Source: a candidate division WWE3 bacterium RIFCSPHIGHO2_01_FULL_40_23 (GTDB taxonomy: Bacteria; Patescibacteriota; WWE3; UBA101185; 2-01-FULL-41-18). From it: DNA of 64,000 nt. The stretch covers positions 286,433-350,432 of the forward strand of contig MEUZ01000003.1 in assembly GCA_001772615.1 (NCBI GenBank), written 5' to 3'. Both the position numbers and the translations under genes were made by a program. The notes under the pieces were generated by a model. It made no database searches and was not told where the DNA came from. It saw only the letters and a list, made by a program, of their open reading frames with translations. Shown in pieces: positions 49,503 to 58,006 of this stretch. How positions within the stretch are numbered: position 1 is the stretch's first letter; each line of letters begins with the position of its first letter.

Positions 49503-50692
49503 TTCTCTTTCTTTGTAACTACTGTATCAACGGAACCATCATAAAATCTGACTTTCATTTTATCATTAACAAAAACCTGGGAAACCGAAGACACAAGCGA
49601 CCCATCAGTAAGGTAAGACATACTATAGCCTCTTTTTAAGATATTCTTGGGACTTAGCGCGTTAACTTTCTCATAAAGAGATGAAAGGTGAAGCTTAAGC
49701 GAAGATAAATTTTGCAAAAAAGAAGAGTCAAATCTTTTTTTCAGTTCTAAAAGCTCCCGCGGAAGAGTTTTAAAATTAACCCAAGATCTTTTTAAAGAAG
49801 CTTCCCTTATATCAAGCTCATAAAAAAGGTCAAGAAAGATTTTTTTAAACTTCTCTCCCAGTTTTTCATATTCATTTTCAAAGTTAATTCTGAAATTAAC
49901 AAAAGATCCCGATATTAGCTCCGCGGCTTTTGTCGGTGTTGAAACTCTTAAGTCGGCCGCGAGATCCGAAAGAGTATAGTCAACCTCATGACCAACAGCG
50001 GAAATAACGGGAATGGGACAGGCTCTTATTGCCTTAACAACTTCTTCGGTATTAAAGCACATCAAATCTTCAATATCACCCCCGCCTCTTGTCAAAACCA
50101 CAACGTCAAGCTTTTCTTTTGAGAGCCTTTTAAAGGCCCCGGTGATGCTTGCTACTGCGGCATCGCCCTGAACAATAGCGTCAACAAAATAAATTTCCAA
50201 CCCCAAAAAGCCTTTTACAACATTGGTTTTAAAATCGGAAATAGCGGCGCCTCTTTTGGAGGTAATAAGACCTATCTTAATGGGAAGTTCCGGTATCTTT
50301 CTTTTTATTTCTTCATCAAAGTAGCCCTGTGCAAGAAGCTTTTTTCTTAACTCTTCCCGTTTTCTTAAAAGCTCTCCTTCACCGTAACTTTCAGCCTTTG
50401 AAATAATAAACCTGTAAGTTCCGTTCTTTGGATAAATCGAGAGAGTGCCAAAGGCAAGTATTTTCTCCCCGTTTTTCGGGTAGTACCCAATATCATCAGT
50501 CTTCCATGAAAGACATGGGAGCACACATTCCCCATCTTTAAGCTTAAAGTAAATTGCCGATTTATATGAATCCGAATAATCATCAACCTCGCCAATGACC
50601 CACACGGAAATCTCGGATAAAAGCTTATCGGCTATTTTATTAACCTGTGAAACAGTGAGTATCCGCCTGTCTTCATTCATATGTTTACACAA
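49499..50692 (-). CDS. xseA: Exodeoxyribonuclease VII large subunit
   Basis: N-terminal OB fold, then RGGGDIEDLMCFNTEEVVKAIRACPIPVISAVGHEVDYTLSDLAADLRVSTPTKAAE. Confidence 0.9.
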   Translation of the reverse strand: MCKHMNEDRRILTVSQVNKIADKLLSEISVWVIGEVDDYSDSYKSAIYFKLKDGECVLPCLSWKTDDIGYYPKNGEKILAFGTLSIYPKNGTYRFIISKAESYGEGELLRKREELRKKLLAQGYFDEEIKRKIPELPIKIGLITSKRGAAISDFKTNVVKGFLGLEIYFVDAIVQGDAAVASITGAFKRLSKEKLDVVVLTRGGGDIEDLMCFNTEEVVKAIRACPIPVISAVGHEVDYTLSDLAADLRVSTPTKAAELISGSFVNFRINFENEYEKLGEKFKKIFLDLFYELDIREASLKRSWVNFKTLPRELLELKKRFDSSFLQNLSSLKLHLSSLYEKVNALSPKNILKRGYSMSYLTDGSLVSSVSQVFVNDKMKVRFYDGSVDTVVTKKEK

Positions 50693-50695
50693 AGT

Positions 50696-50760
50696 GTCAT
50701 TCCCGCGGAAGCGGGAATCTCACTAGATTTTCGCTGGAGTTTACCCTACGAAAGCAGTGA
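50696..50760. repeat. Hairpin repeat (gtcatTCCCGCggaaGCGGGAatc) plus a degenerate second unit, same family
   Basis: Same GTCAT...ATC flank as the 6403 and 20862 loci. Sits between xseA and the small membrane ORF. Confidence 0.65.
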
Positions 50761-50778
50761 ATATATTCCTGGTGCAGG

Positions 50779-51009
50779 TCAAACTTCGGGTTCTGTTTCG
50801 GAAACAAGATTTTTAGGCACTTTCCCCCTTCCCTTTCTGGTAAGTCTGTAATACATCCAAAGTGCATTCAAAGGAACAAGTATCGGGGCAAAAAGGGTAT
50901 TTACAGGTATTGACATTATGTTGTCACCGCCTTTTAAAACGGCGTATATAGCATAAGTAAAACCAAGAGAGAGGTAAACTATCGCAATAATGATCAAAAC
51001 TTGCTCCAT
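50779..51009 (-). CDS. Small hypothetical membrane protein (76 aa, 2 TM)
   Basis: Hydrophobic pattern only. Confidence 0.4.
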   Translation of the reverse strand: MEQVLIIIAIVYLSLGFTYAIYAVLKGGDNIMSIPVNTLFAPILVPLNALWMYYRLTRKGRGKVPKNLVSETEPEV

Positions 51010-51013
51010 ATTT

Positions 51014-51457
51014 CTATTTTAACAAACCAGCCTCTTTCTCCCTCTGACTTTCAAAATACCTTTTAACAATAATTTCTGCCGAAAGGCTGTCAAGAATATT
51101 TCTTCCCTTTCTTGAAGCACCAAAATCAACGGCTTTCTTTAAAGCCTCTTTAGTTGACATAAACTCATCAACGGTTTCAACCGGGACCCTTAACTTTGAC
51201 TTTAACCTTTTAACAAAAGTTCTTACTTTTAAGGTCTGCGGAGTGGATTTTCCATCAGGCAGAAGAGGCAGGCCAACAATTACCTTATTAATCTTATTAT
51301 CAATAACGGTTTTTAAAATACTACCTAAAATTTCCTCTCTATTTGTGGAAGAAATCCTTGTCAGAGGCATTGTAAGACCTGAGGACCCAAAAGCAAGGCC
51401 GACGTTTCTGTCACCTAAATCAACTCCAAGAACTTTTTCGCTTCCTTCGTTTCTCAT
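51014..51457 (-). CDS. ruvX: Putative pre-16S rRNA nuclease / Holliday-junction-resolvase-like YqgF
   Basis: LGVDLGDRNVGLAFG ... KVIVGLPLLPDGK ... VDEFMSTKEA. Confidence 0.8.
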   Translation of the reverse strand: MRNEGSEKVLGVDLGDRNVGLAFGSSGLTMPLTRISSTNREEILGSILKTVIDNKINKVIVGLPLLPDGKSTPQTLKVRTFVKRLKSKLRVPVETVDEFMSTKEALKKAVDFGASRKGRNILDSLSAEIIVKRYFESQREKEAGLLK

Positions 51458-52980
51458 TCTCTTTCAATCTCAATCTCAATATTTTTTTCATTTTCGGGAA
51501 GTTTATTCAAAAACGCTACGAATCTAGGTGAGAAATCCACATTAAGCGTCCCGACACCCTCTATTTTCCCTAAATAATCTTTCGCATAGGAGACATCTGC
51601 TCCTTTTAATTTTGCTCTAAGCTCCGATTCGTCAATTTTCGGAATTGTATAAGCTTTTATCTTAACCTGGAGGCTAACTTCGGAAACCTCCTTTGATGGA
51701 TCAATTGTATCCAAAACACCCACTTCGGTGTCATTGTCTCTTTTTGACACCTGAAAACCGGGTCGCACAAATTCCTTCAAAAGCTCCTCAAGAAGCGAGG
51801 AAAGTTCATCGCTTAAATAATAAAGCCCTCTTGCGGAAACCGTGAGCTTTAATGAGAGCTTGTCAGCCTCCTCACCTATATTTTTATCAAAAGCCTCGGA
51901 TAATCTTCTATACGTTACGGTTGATTCCAAAAGCTTTTGTTCTTTTGAAAGCTTTGAGCTTTTTAGATCCAAAAGCGCTGTCCCTTTCAAAGCCTCAAAA
52001 AGCGTATTTGAAAGTTTAACTTTATCCTCTTCCGACACCGCTTTCACTTTCTTTGATTTGCCTCCCGTAAACTCCTCTTCATTTGTTGCAATAAGATCAT
52101 CCGTGTCAAATCCCGAAATTTTAAAATTCTTGCCGTCTTCAAGGTTATACTTGGAACCAAAAACTTCGGCTTCAACTTTAAGTTTCTTTTTGCCATAAAC
52201 AGGGGCGGGAGCTGGCTCAAGCTCCGACGGAGCAGGTTCTTGTGTAAGTTTTGGCACTGTTACTTCCTCGTCAGCAACAAACTTAAGGGCTTCTTTGCTT
52301 GTTATTAAAGTAATAGAAGTCCCTTTCTTAATTTTCTTATCATCCGTTGTTTTATTCACAACCGTAACTTCTCCTTTGGCCTTTTCACCTACGGTCTTTT
52401 CCCCCGTTGTATCAATCTCCATTGAAGCAGAAGCTGTAGCTTCAACAGGTCTTCCGGGAATAAGTCTTCGCTTTGCATCAACTGACGAAACGAGTGTGGA
52501 AAGCATAACAGTTTCACTTTTAACAAGAGGCTGCGAATTAACTTTAAGCCTTATCTTTGCCTTCGGATACACTTTCAGAAAAAAGTAAGAGAGGGGCACT
52601 ATCACAAGGATAAAAATAAGCAAAATAAGAAACAGACTTTTTGAGAAGTGAAACTTAAAAGGAATCTTTAGGAAAGGTTTTTTTGATTCTTTAAAGGCGT
52701 CTCTGCTTTGAGATATAAACCCGGTATCCTCATCAATTTTAGCGGCTTCCATCGGATCCAAAAGCTCAATAAGATTTTTTCCAACCTCATCTTCCGTTTC
52801 AAACTCAACGCTCTTCCCCGACTTTTCAAGCTCTTTTCTTATTAGTTTTAAGTTTAGGGCATTTTCAAACAAAACCGAATTTTTAGGAACCTCAACAATA
52901 AGATTTGAGACACCAAGCTCCCTTATCTTTTTTAAAGTATCCATTACATCATCATTTATATCTATTGTTATTTTTTCCAT
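51454..52980 (-). CDS. Bitopic membrane protein of unknown function (508 aa), co-operonic with the ftsA/pilM-like gene
   Basis: ~110-aa cytoplasmic N-terminus, one TM (LFLILLIFILVIVPLSYFFL), and a ~380-aa extracytoplasmic Lys/Glu-rich domain. 9-nt gap to the upstream gene. Confidence 0.6.
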   Translation of the reverse strand: MEKITIDINDDVMDTLKKIRELGVSNLIVEVPKNSVLFENALNLKLIRKELEKSGKSVEFETEDEVGKNLIELLDPMEAAKIDEDTGFISQSRDAFKESKKPFLKIPFKFHFSKSLFLILLIFILVIVPLSYFFLKVYPKAKIRLKVNSQPLVKSETVMLSTLVSSVDAKRRLIPGRPVEATASASMEIDTTGEKTVGEKAKGEVTVVNKTTDDKKIKKGTSITLITSKEALKFVADEEVTVPKLTQEPAPSELEPAPAPVYGKKKLKVEAEVFGSKYNLEDGKNFKISGFDTDDLIATNEEEFTGGKSKKVKAVSEEDKVKLSNTLFEALKGTALLDLKSSKLSKEQKLLESTVTYRRLSEAFDKNIGEEADKLSLKLTVSARGLYYLSDELSSLLEELLKEFVRPGFQVSKRDNDTEVGVLDTIDPSKEVSEVSLQVKIKAYTIPKIDESELRAKLKGADVSYAKDYLGKIEGVGTLNVDFSPRFVAFLNKLPENEKNIEIEIERE

Positions 52981-52988
52981 ATTTTTTA

Positions 52989-54206
52989 CTAAACTTTATC
53001 CTTAAGCTCAAGATAAACTTCGGATAGCGCGGCGGGCATCACATCATCATGCCCCACGGTCTTTCCCGTAAGATCGGAAATGTAAGAAAGATCCGAGACC
53101 GAAACCCTCTCAAAAACGGGAGGCTCCTTAAAAGGTATGTTTCTTGTCCACGGCTCTTTTTCAAGAAGAGTCAAAACATCACCCAGTGAACTTCCCCCGC
53201 CTATTAGGTATATTTTAGAGGGGAAGGTCTTAACTCCGTCAAAATCCGAAAATAAAAGCTCAACTCCCGAAATCCAGATCTCTAAAACATTTCTTAAGCA
53301 TGCTTCCACGTTTTCCATCTCTTCCGGGGAGAGAGTACCTAATGAATATCTTAACTTTTTTTCTTCAGCATCCGTAAAAGGAAGTCCGAAAGTTTCACTT
53401 ATTGCTCTTGTTAAGTGCCTCCCGCCAAGAGAAAGAGTTCTTGTTGCAATAAGCCCGCCGCCGAAAACAATCCCCACATCCGTGGTTTCCCCGCCAATGT
53501 CCATTAAAATCATATTCGGATCTTTTGAAGAGTTGGTTAGGGATTTACTTAAAGCGTACATTTCAGAGCTGACTGCGAGAATCTTCAATTTAAGCTTCTT
53601 TGCAAGCTTATCCAAAATTTCAATATGAAATGATGGGGAAAACGCGGTAAACAGGGCTATTTCTATCCTTTCGCCTGTCATTCCGATCGGGTTTCCTATA
53701 AAAGTTCCGTCAATTTTAACCGAAGAGATGGACGAATTGGTAAGATCCAATTCCAGATCAGGATTGCCTGTCATCATTGCAACCTCTTTTGAGGCCTCAA
53801 GAAAAGCCGTATCCTGAATTTTGGCAACAACTTTTGAAAGCTCCCCTTCCGAAATGGGATCATTTGGATTAGTCCTTGTAAGGCGCACCGTGGTTACAAG
53901 GCCTTTTGTCATTTCCCCGGACAGGCCTATGACTACGTCTCTTGTTTTAGAATCCGCGGATGAAAGAGCCTCGGCAATTGCCACCTCCGATGCTTCTTTA
54001 ACGCCCTCATAATCAACAATAGCGCCGCCTCTCGTGTACAAATACCCAAGAGGCTGTTTCCCAATACCTTGAATAGACAGCTTTCTTACCGAGGGGAGAG
54101 CTGTATCAAAAACAAGGCATTTAACATAATCCGTACCAATATCCCAAGTCAAAAACTGCCTGGGTTTTGACGGTTTGCCAAAAAGAGAAGGTAGTTTAAA
54201 CATCAT
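52989..54206 (-). CDS. Actin-like ATPase of the FtsA/PilM family
   Basis: LTWDIGTDYVKCLVF (phosphate 1), MDIGGETTDVGIVFGGGLIATRTLSLGGRHLTRAI (phosphate 2 / adenosine), IYLIGGGSSLGDV. 405 aa. Confidence 0.7.
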   Translation of the reverse strand: MMFKLPSLFGKPSKPRQFLTWDIGTDYVKCLVFDTALPSVRKLSIQGIGKQPLGYLYTRGGAIVDYEGVKEASEVAIAEALSSADSKTRDVVIGLSGEMTKGLVTTVRLTRTNPNDPISEGELSKVVAKIQDTAFLEASKEVAMMTGNPDLELDLTNSSISSVKIDGTFIGNPIGMTGERIEIALFTAFSPSFHIEILDKLAKKLKLKILAVSSEMYALSKSLTNSSKDPNMILMDIGGETTDVGIVFGGGLIATRTLSLGGRHLTRAISETFGLPFTDAEEKKLRYSLGTLSPEEMENVEACLRNVLEIWISGVELLFSDFDGVKTFPSKIYLIGGGSSLGDVLTLLEKEPWTRNIPFKEPPVFERVSVSDLSYISDLTGKTVGHDDVMPAALSEVYLELKDKV

Positions 54207-54234
54207 TAAAAGTTAGTTTCACAATCATTATATA

Positions 54235-56085
54235 CTATGAAAGGACGGCTTTTATCCTCCTTACGCCTTTTGAAGAAGCCTCCTCCTTTAAGATCTTAAA
54301 CCTCCCAAGCTCCCCGGTATTTTTAACATGAGGGCCGCCGCAGTATTCTTTTGAGTAGGCATCCTTTAAATCCTTCCCTATGCAATAAACCTTCACCGTT
54401 TCCCCGTACTTCTCGCCGAAAAAATGCAAAGCCCCGCTTTTTTCCGCCTCCTCTTTTGAAAGATCAACCGAAGAAACAGGGAGATCCTCGGAAATTTTAC
54501 CGTTTACAATTTCTTCAACTTTTTTAATTTCTTCTTCGGTCATCTTCCTATCAAATGAAAAATCAAATCTTAATCTTTCGGTTGTGATATTGCTTCCCAT
54601 TTGCCTTACCTCACTGCCTAAGGTGTCTCTTAAAGCCTGATGAAGAAGATGTGTCGCAGTGTGATATTTAATATGCATTTCGGAGGTCCCTTCAAGACCC
54701 CCTTTAAATTTCACTTCTGAAGCAAGTTTTGACTTCTCTTTATGCTTTTCAAAAGCTTTGTTAAAAGTTTCGGTGTCAACTTCCACATTCACTTCTTTTG
54801 CAACCTCAATAATCAGTTCCAAAGGAAAACCATAAGTTTCATAAATCATAAAAGCATCCTCTCCCGATAAAGTCCCTTTCATGGCAAGAAGATGCTCAAG
54901 TTTTTTAAGACCCTTTTCCAAAGCATCGCCAAATCTCTCCTCCTCTTTTAACAGTTCCGAAATTATTTGTTCTTTTTTTGTCAAAAGATGAGGATAGGGT
55001 TCTTTAAAAGTTTCAATTACGGCTCCCGCGAGATCCTTAGAAAAACCCTTTTTTATACCAAGTTTCTTGGCAAATCTTATAGCCCGTCTTACAAGCCTTC
55101 TTAAAAGGTAACCATGCTCTTTGTTTGAAGGCAAAACATCCTCCGCAGTTAAAAACACGGACGTTCTGATATGATCTGCGATAATTCTGAAACATTTATC
55201 AAAATCATCACTTTCTCCATAAGTTTTACCTGAAAGTTTCTCAACCCTCTCTACAACTTTTGAAAATACATCTGTTTCATAATCATCGTCCATTCCGTTT
55301 GCAACAAGAAGAACTCTTTCAAAGCCATAGCCCACATCAACACTATTTTTCTTAAGAGGTTTGTATGAACCGTCCTCCTGTTTTTCATACTGCATAAAAA
55401 CGTTATTGCAGATTTCAATAAACCTTCTGCAGTTACAGTTTACATGGCACAAATCTCCATACTTTGGGTCATGAGCTCTTCCCGTATCATAAAAGATTTC
55501 CGAATCGGGACCCGCGGGATCTCCTGCTTTAGCCCCGCTTCTTTCCCACCAGTTTTTATTTCTTGGATAAGAAAAAATTCTTAAATTTCCTTTACCGACA
55601 AGATGAATGTCCCCTTCCTCGGCCGTTATCCCATATTTTTTAAACTCCTTTTTCCAGATTTCTAGTGACTCTGTATCTTTTGGTATTTTTGCATCACCTT
55701 GAAAGACGCTGACATAAAGCTTTTCAACAGAAAGACCAATAATATTTACAAAAAATTCAAGAGACCAGCCTATCTGCTCTTTTTTAAAGTAATCTCCTAA
55801 AGACCAGTTTCCCATCATTTCAAAAAAAGTGTGATGGACGGGAGTTTCCCCAACTTCATCAAGATCTTCAGCCCTTATGCATTTTTGGATATTTACAAGT
55901 CTTTTTCCCTCTGGGTGAGGCTCACCTAAAAGATATGGGATTAAAGGCTGCATTCCGCTTCCCGTGAATAAAGTTGTCGGGTCGTTTTGAGGAACAAGAG
56001 GGGAGTTTTGTATCTCAACGTGTTTTCTAACGCTATCCGTATAAAACTCTATAAATTTCCTTCTTAAATCAAGGTGTGAAAGCAT
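54235..56085 (-). CDS. alaS: Alanine--tRNA ligase, short form lacking the C-Ala domain (616 aa)
   Basis: Class II motifs (FTGSGMQPL; VGETPVHHTFFEMMGNWSLGDYFK) and editing-domain HxxxH/CxxxH (HTATHLLHQAL ... CGGPH). Confidence 0.9.
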   Translation of the reverse strand: MLSHLDLRRKFIEFYTDSVRKHVEIQNSPLVPQNDPTTLFTGSGMQPLIPYLLGEPHPEGKRLVNIQKCIRAEDLDEVGETPVHHTFFEMMGNWSLGDYFKKEQIGWSLEFFVNIIGLSVEKLYVSVFQGDAKIPKDTESLEIWKKEFKKYGITAEEGDIHLVGKGNLRIFSYPRNKNWWERSGAKAGDPAGPDSEIFYDTGRAHDPKYGDLCHVNCNCRRFIEICNNVFMQYEKQEDGSYKPLKKNSVDVGYGFERVLLVANGMDDDYETDVFSKVVERVEKLSGKTYGESDDFDKCFRIIADHIRTSVFLTAEDVLPSNKEHGYLLRRLVRRAIRFAKKLGIKKGFSKDLAGAVIETFKEPYPHLLTKKEQIISELLKEEERFGDALEKGLKKLEHLLAMKGTLSGEDAFMIYETYGFPLELIIEVAKEVNVEVDTETFNKAFEKHKEKSKLASEVKFKGGLEGTSEMHIKYHTATHLLHQALRDTLGSEVRQMGSNITTERLRFDFSFDRKMTEEEIKKVEEIVNGKISEDLPVSSVDLSKEEAEKSGALHFFGEKYGETVKVYCIGKDLKDAYSKEYCGGPHVKNTGELGRFKILKEEASSKGVRRIKAVLS

Positions 56086-56123
56086 GGTAAAAGTATAAAC
56101 GATAAAAAACCCAAGTCAAAAAA

Positions 56124-56438
56124 TCACTGTGGCGGAAGAACTGGCACGGGGGGTTCTGTGTCATTTACTATCTCATCAAACTGGCCGGCAATTTTATTAA
56201 ACTCCTGATCAAAGCCTTCCTTTGATTTTGACAGCTTGTCATAATATTTGGCTTTTACTAACGCCTCCCCATTAACTATAAGAAGTCTTATCACACTTAA
56301 CAAAAGCTTGTGAAGATTTTTCTCATCCGATCCGTCATAGGTTTCTATAAACTCCTTAAGATGCGCCACAACAGGATCTTCGGATTTAAGGTTATCTAAA
56401 AGATTTATATATTTTTCTTTTATTTCTTTATTTATCAT
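56124..56438 (-). CDS. Hypothetical protein (104 aa)
   Basis: ORF only. Confidence 0.4.
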   Translation of the reverse strand: MINKEIKEKYINLLDNLKSEDPVVAHLKEFIETYDGSDEKNLHKLLLSVIRLLIVNGEALVKAKYYDKLSKSKEGFDQEFNKIAGQFDEIVNDTEPPVPVLPPQ

Positions 56439-56444
56439 ATATTT

Positions 56445-58004
56445 TTAAATAATCGCTTCGGGCGGCGGCGTCTCCTCGGGTTTGGTGTTCCCGTTTCCGC
56501 CAGCCCCAGGTTGAGTTTCGGGTTGAGCTTCAAGTACCACTGTTGCGGTACCTTCTACTACCTGTTGGCCTGCTGGTTTTGCCTCTTCCGGCGCTTCAGG
56601 TGCTTTTTTGGTCTCTGCCCCTCCGCCTGCTTCTCCCACACTTTCCCCCTCGGGTTTTTCACCCGAAAGGCTTCTTCTTACACCTTCCGCAAACGCATCC
56701 ATTTGGGCCCTAAAGGATTCTTCAGCCCTAGCAACTCTTTCATCAGCCGCCTTTTGCGCATCCGCCAACTGTTTTGCCATTCTTTCTTCAAACTCTCGTC
56801 TTTCCTTAGCTTCCCGCGCAGAAGCCTCATCAGCCTTCTTTAGCGCCTCTGTAAGATTTAATTGAAGCGTCTGAATTGTCTTAAGAAGTTCTGCCTGGGA
56901 CTCTGTCAGATTTTTCACAGCACCCTCCGCCTTTTGAGCTCTTGTTTCGGCGGCTTTATTTGCCTCATCCTGCGCTACCTGCCTTGCTTGTTTTGTGGGA
57001 GCCTGTCCGGCATCTTCTTTCTCATTCTCCCGCTTCACTTTTTTCGCTCTAGCGCCAAATAGTGTTTCGGCGGCTGATAGATCTTCAACCGAGAGCCCAT
57101 AGGCATCTCTTAAAATTGAAAGCTCCGAGATTATTTGAGCGTCTGAAAGGCCTTGGCCCATAAGCTCTTCCGCAAAAGTCATCAGCTCTCTGGCTGCCGC
57201 TCCACGGGTGTTATAGTACTCCCTAAGCTCCTTCGCAGCCTGTTGGTGAAGTCCGGCCGCTTCATCCCTTGCTTTTTGAAGGTTTTCCGCGTATTCACCA
57301 TTGAGCCTTGCAAGAAGGTCCTCTCTATTCTTTTCAGAAACCCATCTTTCAAGCGGGTGTCCTTTGTTATTGTGCCCATCCCAATCCTGTTCAAGAGATC
57401 TTCCACCGTGCTGGCGCTTATACCCGGTTCTAAACTCATCCACCGTAAGCTCCCCTCTCATCCATTGATCGGTCAACCCAAATCTATTTCTAACAACCCC
57501 AGGCTCAAGCGCCGCGTCCACATCCGTTTCGGATGCAACTTTATAAAGATTCCTGGAGTCATCCCACTGCGGAACACCTTTAACCTGCTTCACCTGCGCA
57601 ACAATAACTGTTTGTTTCTCCGGGTCCCTGTTGCCATTATTAAGACGCACATAAACTACTACGTCATCCTCATATTCTTTTTCTCCCTTCATCTTCCCCC
57701 AAAAACCGGTTTTCTCCTTCAGCCTATAAAAAACTTGAGGTGCGGCACTAAAACTTTGCTCTTCTACAATCTGTCCTTTGCCAAGCTCTTTGGCATCCGC
57801 CAGGTTTTCTATTCCAAGAGTTTTAAAAGCTCCCATGGCAGCTTGTTTGGCAATTTCAATCCTTGTACTTGAATCGCCGCCTTTATAAACATCCATTATT
57901 TCATTATGCATTGGGGGAGTCTCAACTTTTTTTTCAAGTTTTGAAATTTCGGCCTCGTTGGCCGCAAGTTCCATTTCTGCCGGCAGGGGAGTTCTTTCAG
58001 ACAT
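56445..58004 (-). CDS. Hypothetical coiled-coil protein with a Pro/Glu/Ala/Gly-rich C-terminal tail (519 aa)
   Basis: The central region is Ala/Glu/Lys/Arg-rich coiled coil and the tail is low-complexity. The 3' third of the gene is locally GC-rich from amino-acid composition. Confidence 0.6.
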   Translation of the reverse strand: MSERTPLPAEMELAANEAEISKLEKKVETPPMHNEIMDVYKGGDSSTRIEIAKQAAMGAFKTLGIENLADAKELGKGQIVEEQSFSAAPQVFYRLKEKTGFWGKMKGEKEYEDDVVVYVRLNNGNRDPEKQTVIVAQVKQVKGVPQWDDSRNLYKVASETDVDAALEPGVVRNRFGLTDQWMRGELTVDEFRTGYKRQHGGRSLEQDWDGHNNKGHPLERWVSEKNREDLLARLNGEYAENLQKARDEAAGLHQQAAKELREYYNTRGAAARELMTFAEELMGQGLSDAQIISELSILRDAYGLSVEDLSAAETLFGARAKKVKRENEKEDAGQAPTKQARQVAQDEANKAAETRAQKAEGAVKNLTESQAELLKTIQTLQLNLTEALKKADEASAREAKERREFEERMAKQLADAQKAADERVARAEESFRAQMDAFAEGVRRSLSGEKPEGESVGEAGGGAETKKAPEAPEEAKPAGQQVVEGTATVVLEAQPETQPGAGGNGNTKPEETPPPEAII

Positions 58005-58006
58005 AT

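Noticed and set aside
57153-57872. 239-aa plus-strand ORF antisense to the 519-aa coiled-coil gene (also 56511..57062 plus ORFs)
   Set aside because: The minus frame has coherent coiled-coil/low-complexity protein and sits in a co-directional operon. The plus ORF is Arg/Leu/Phe-rich with no features.
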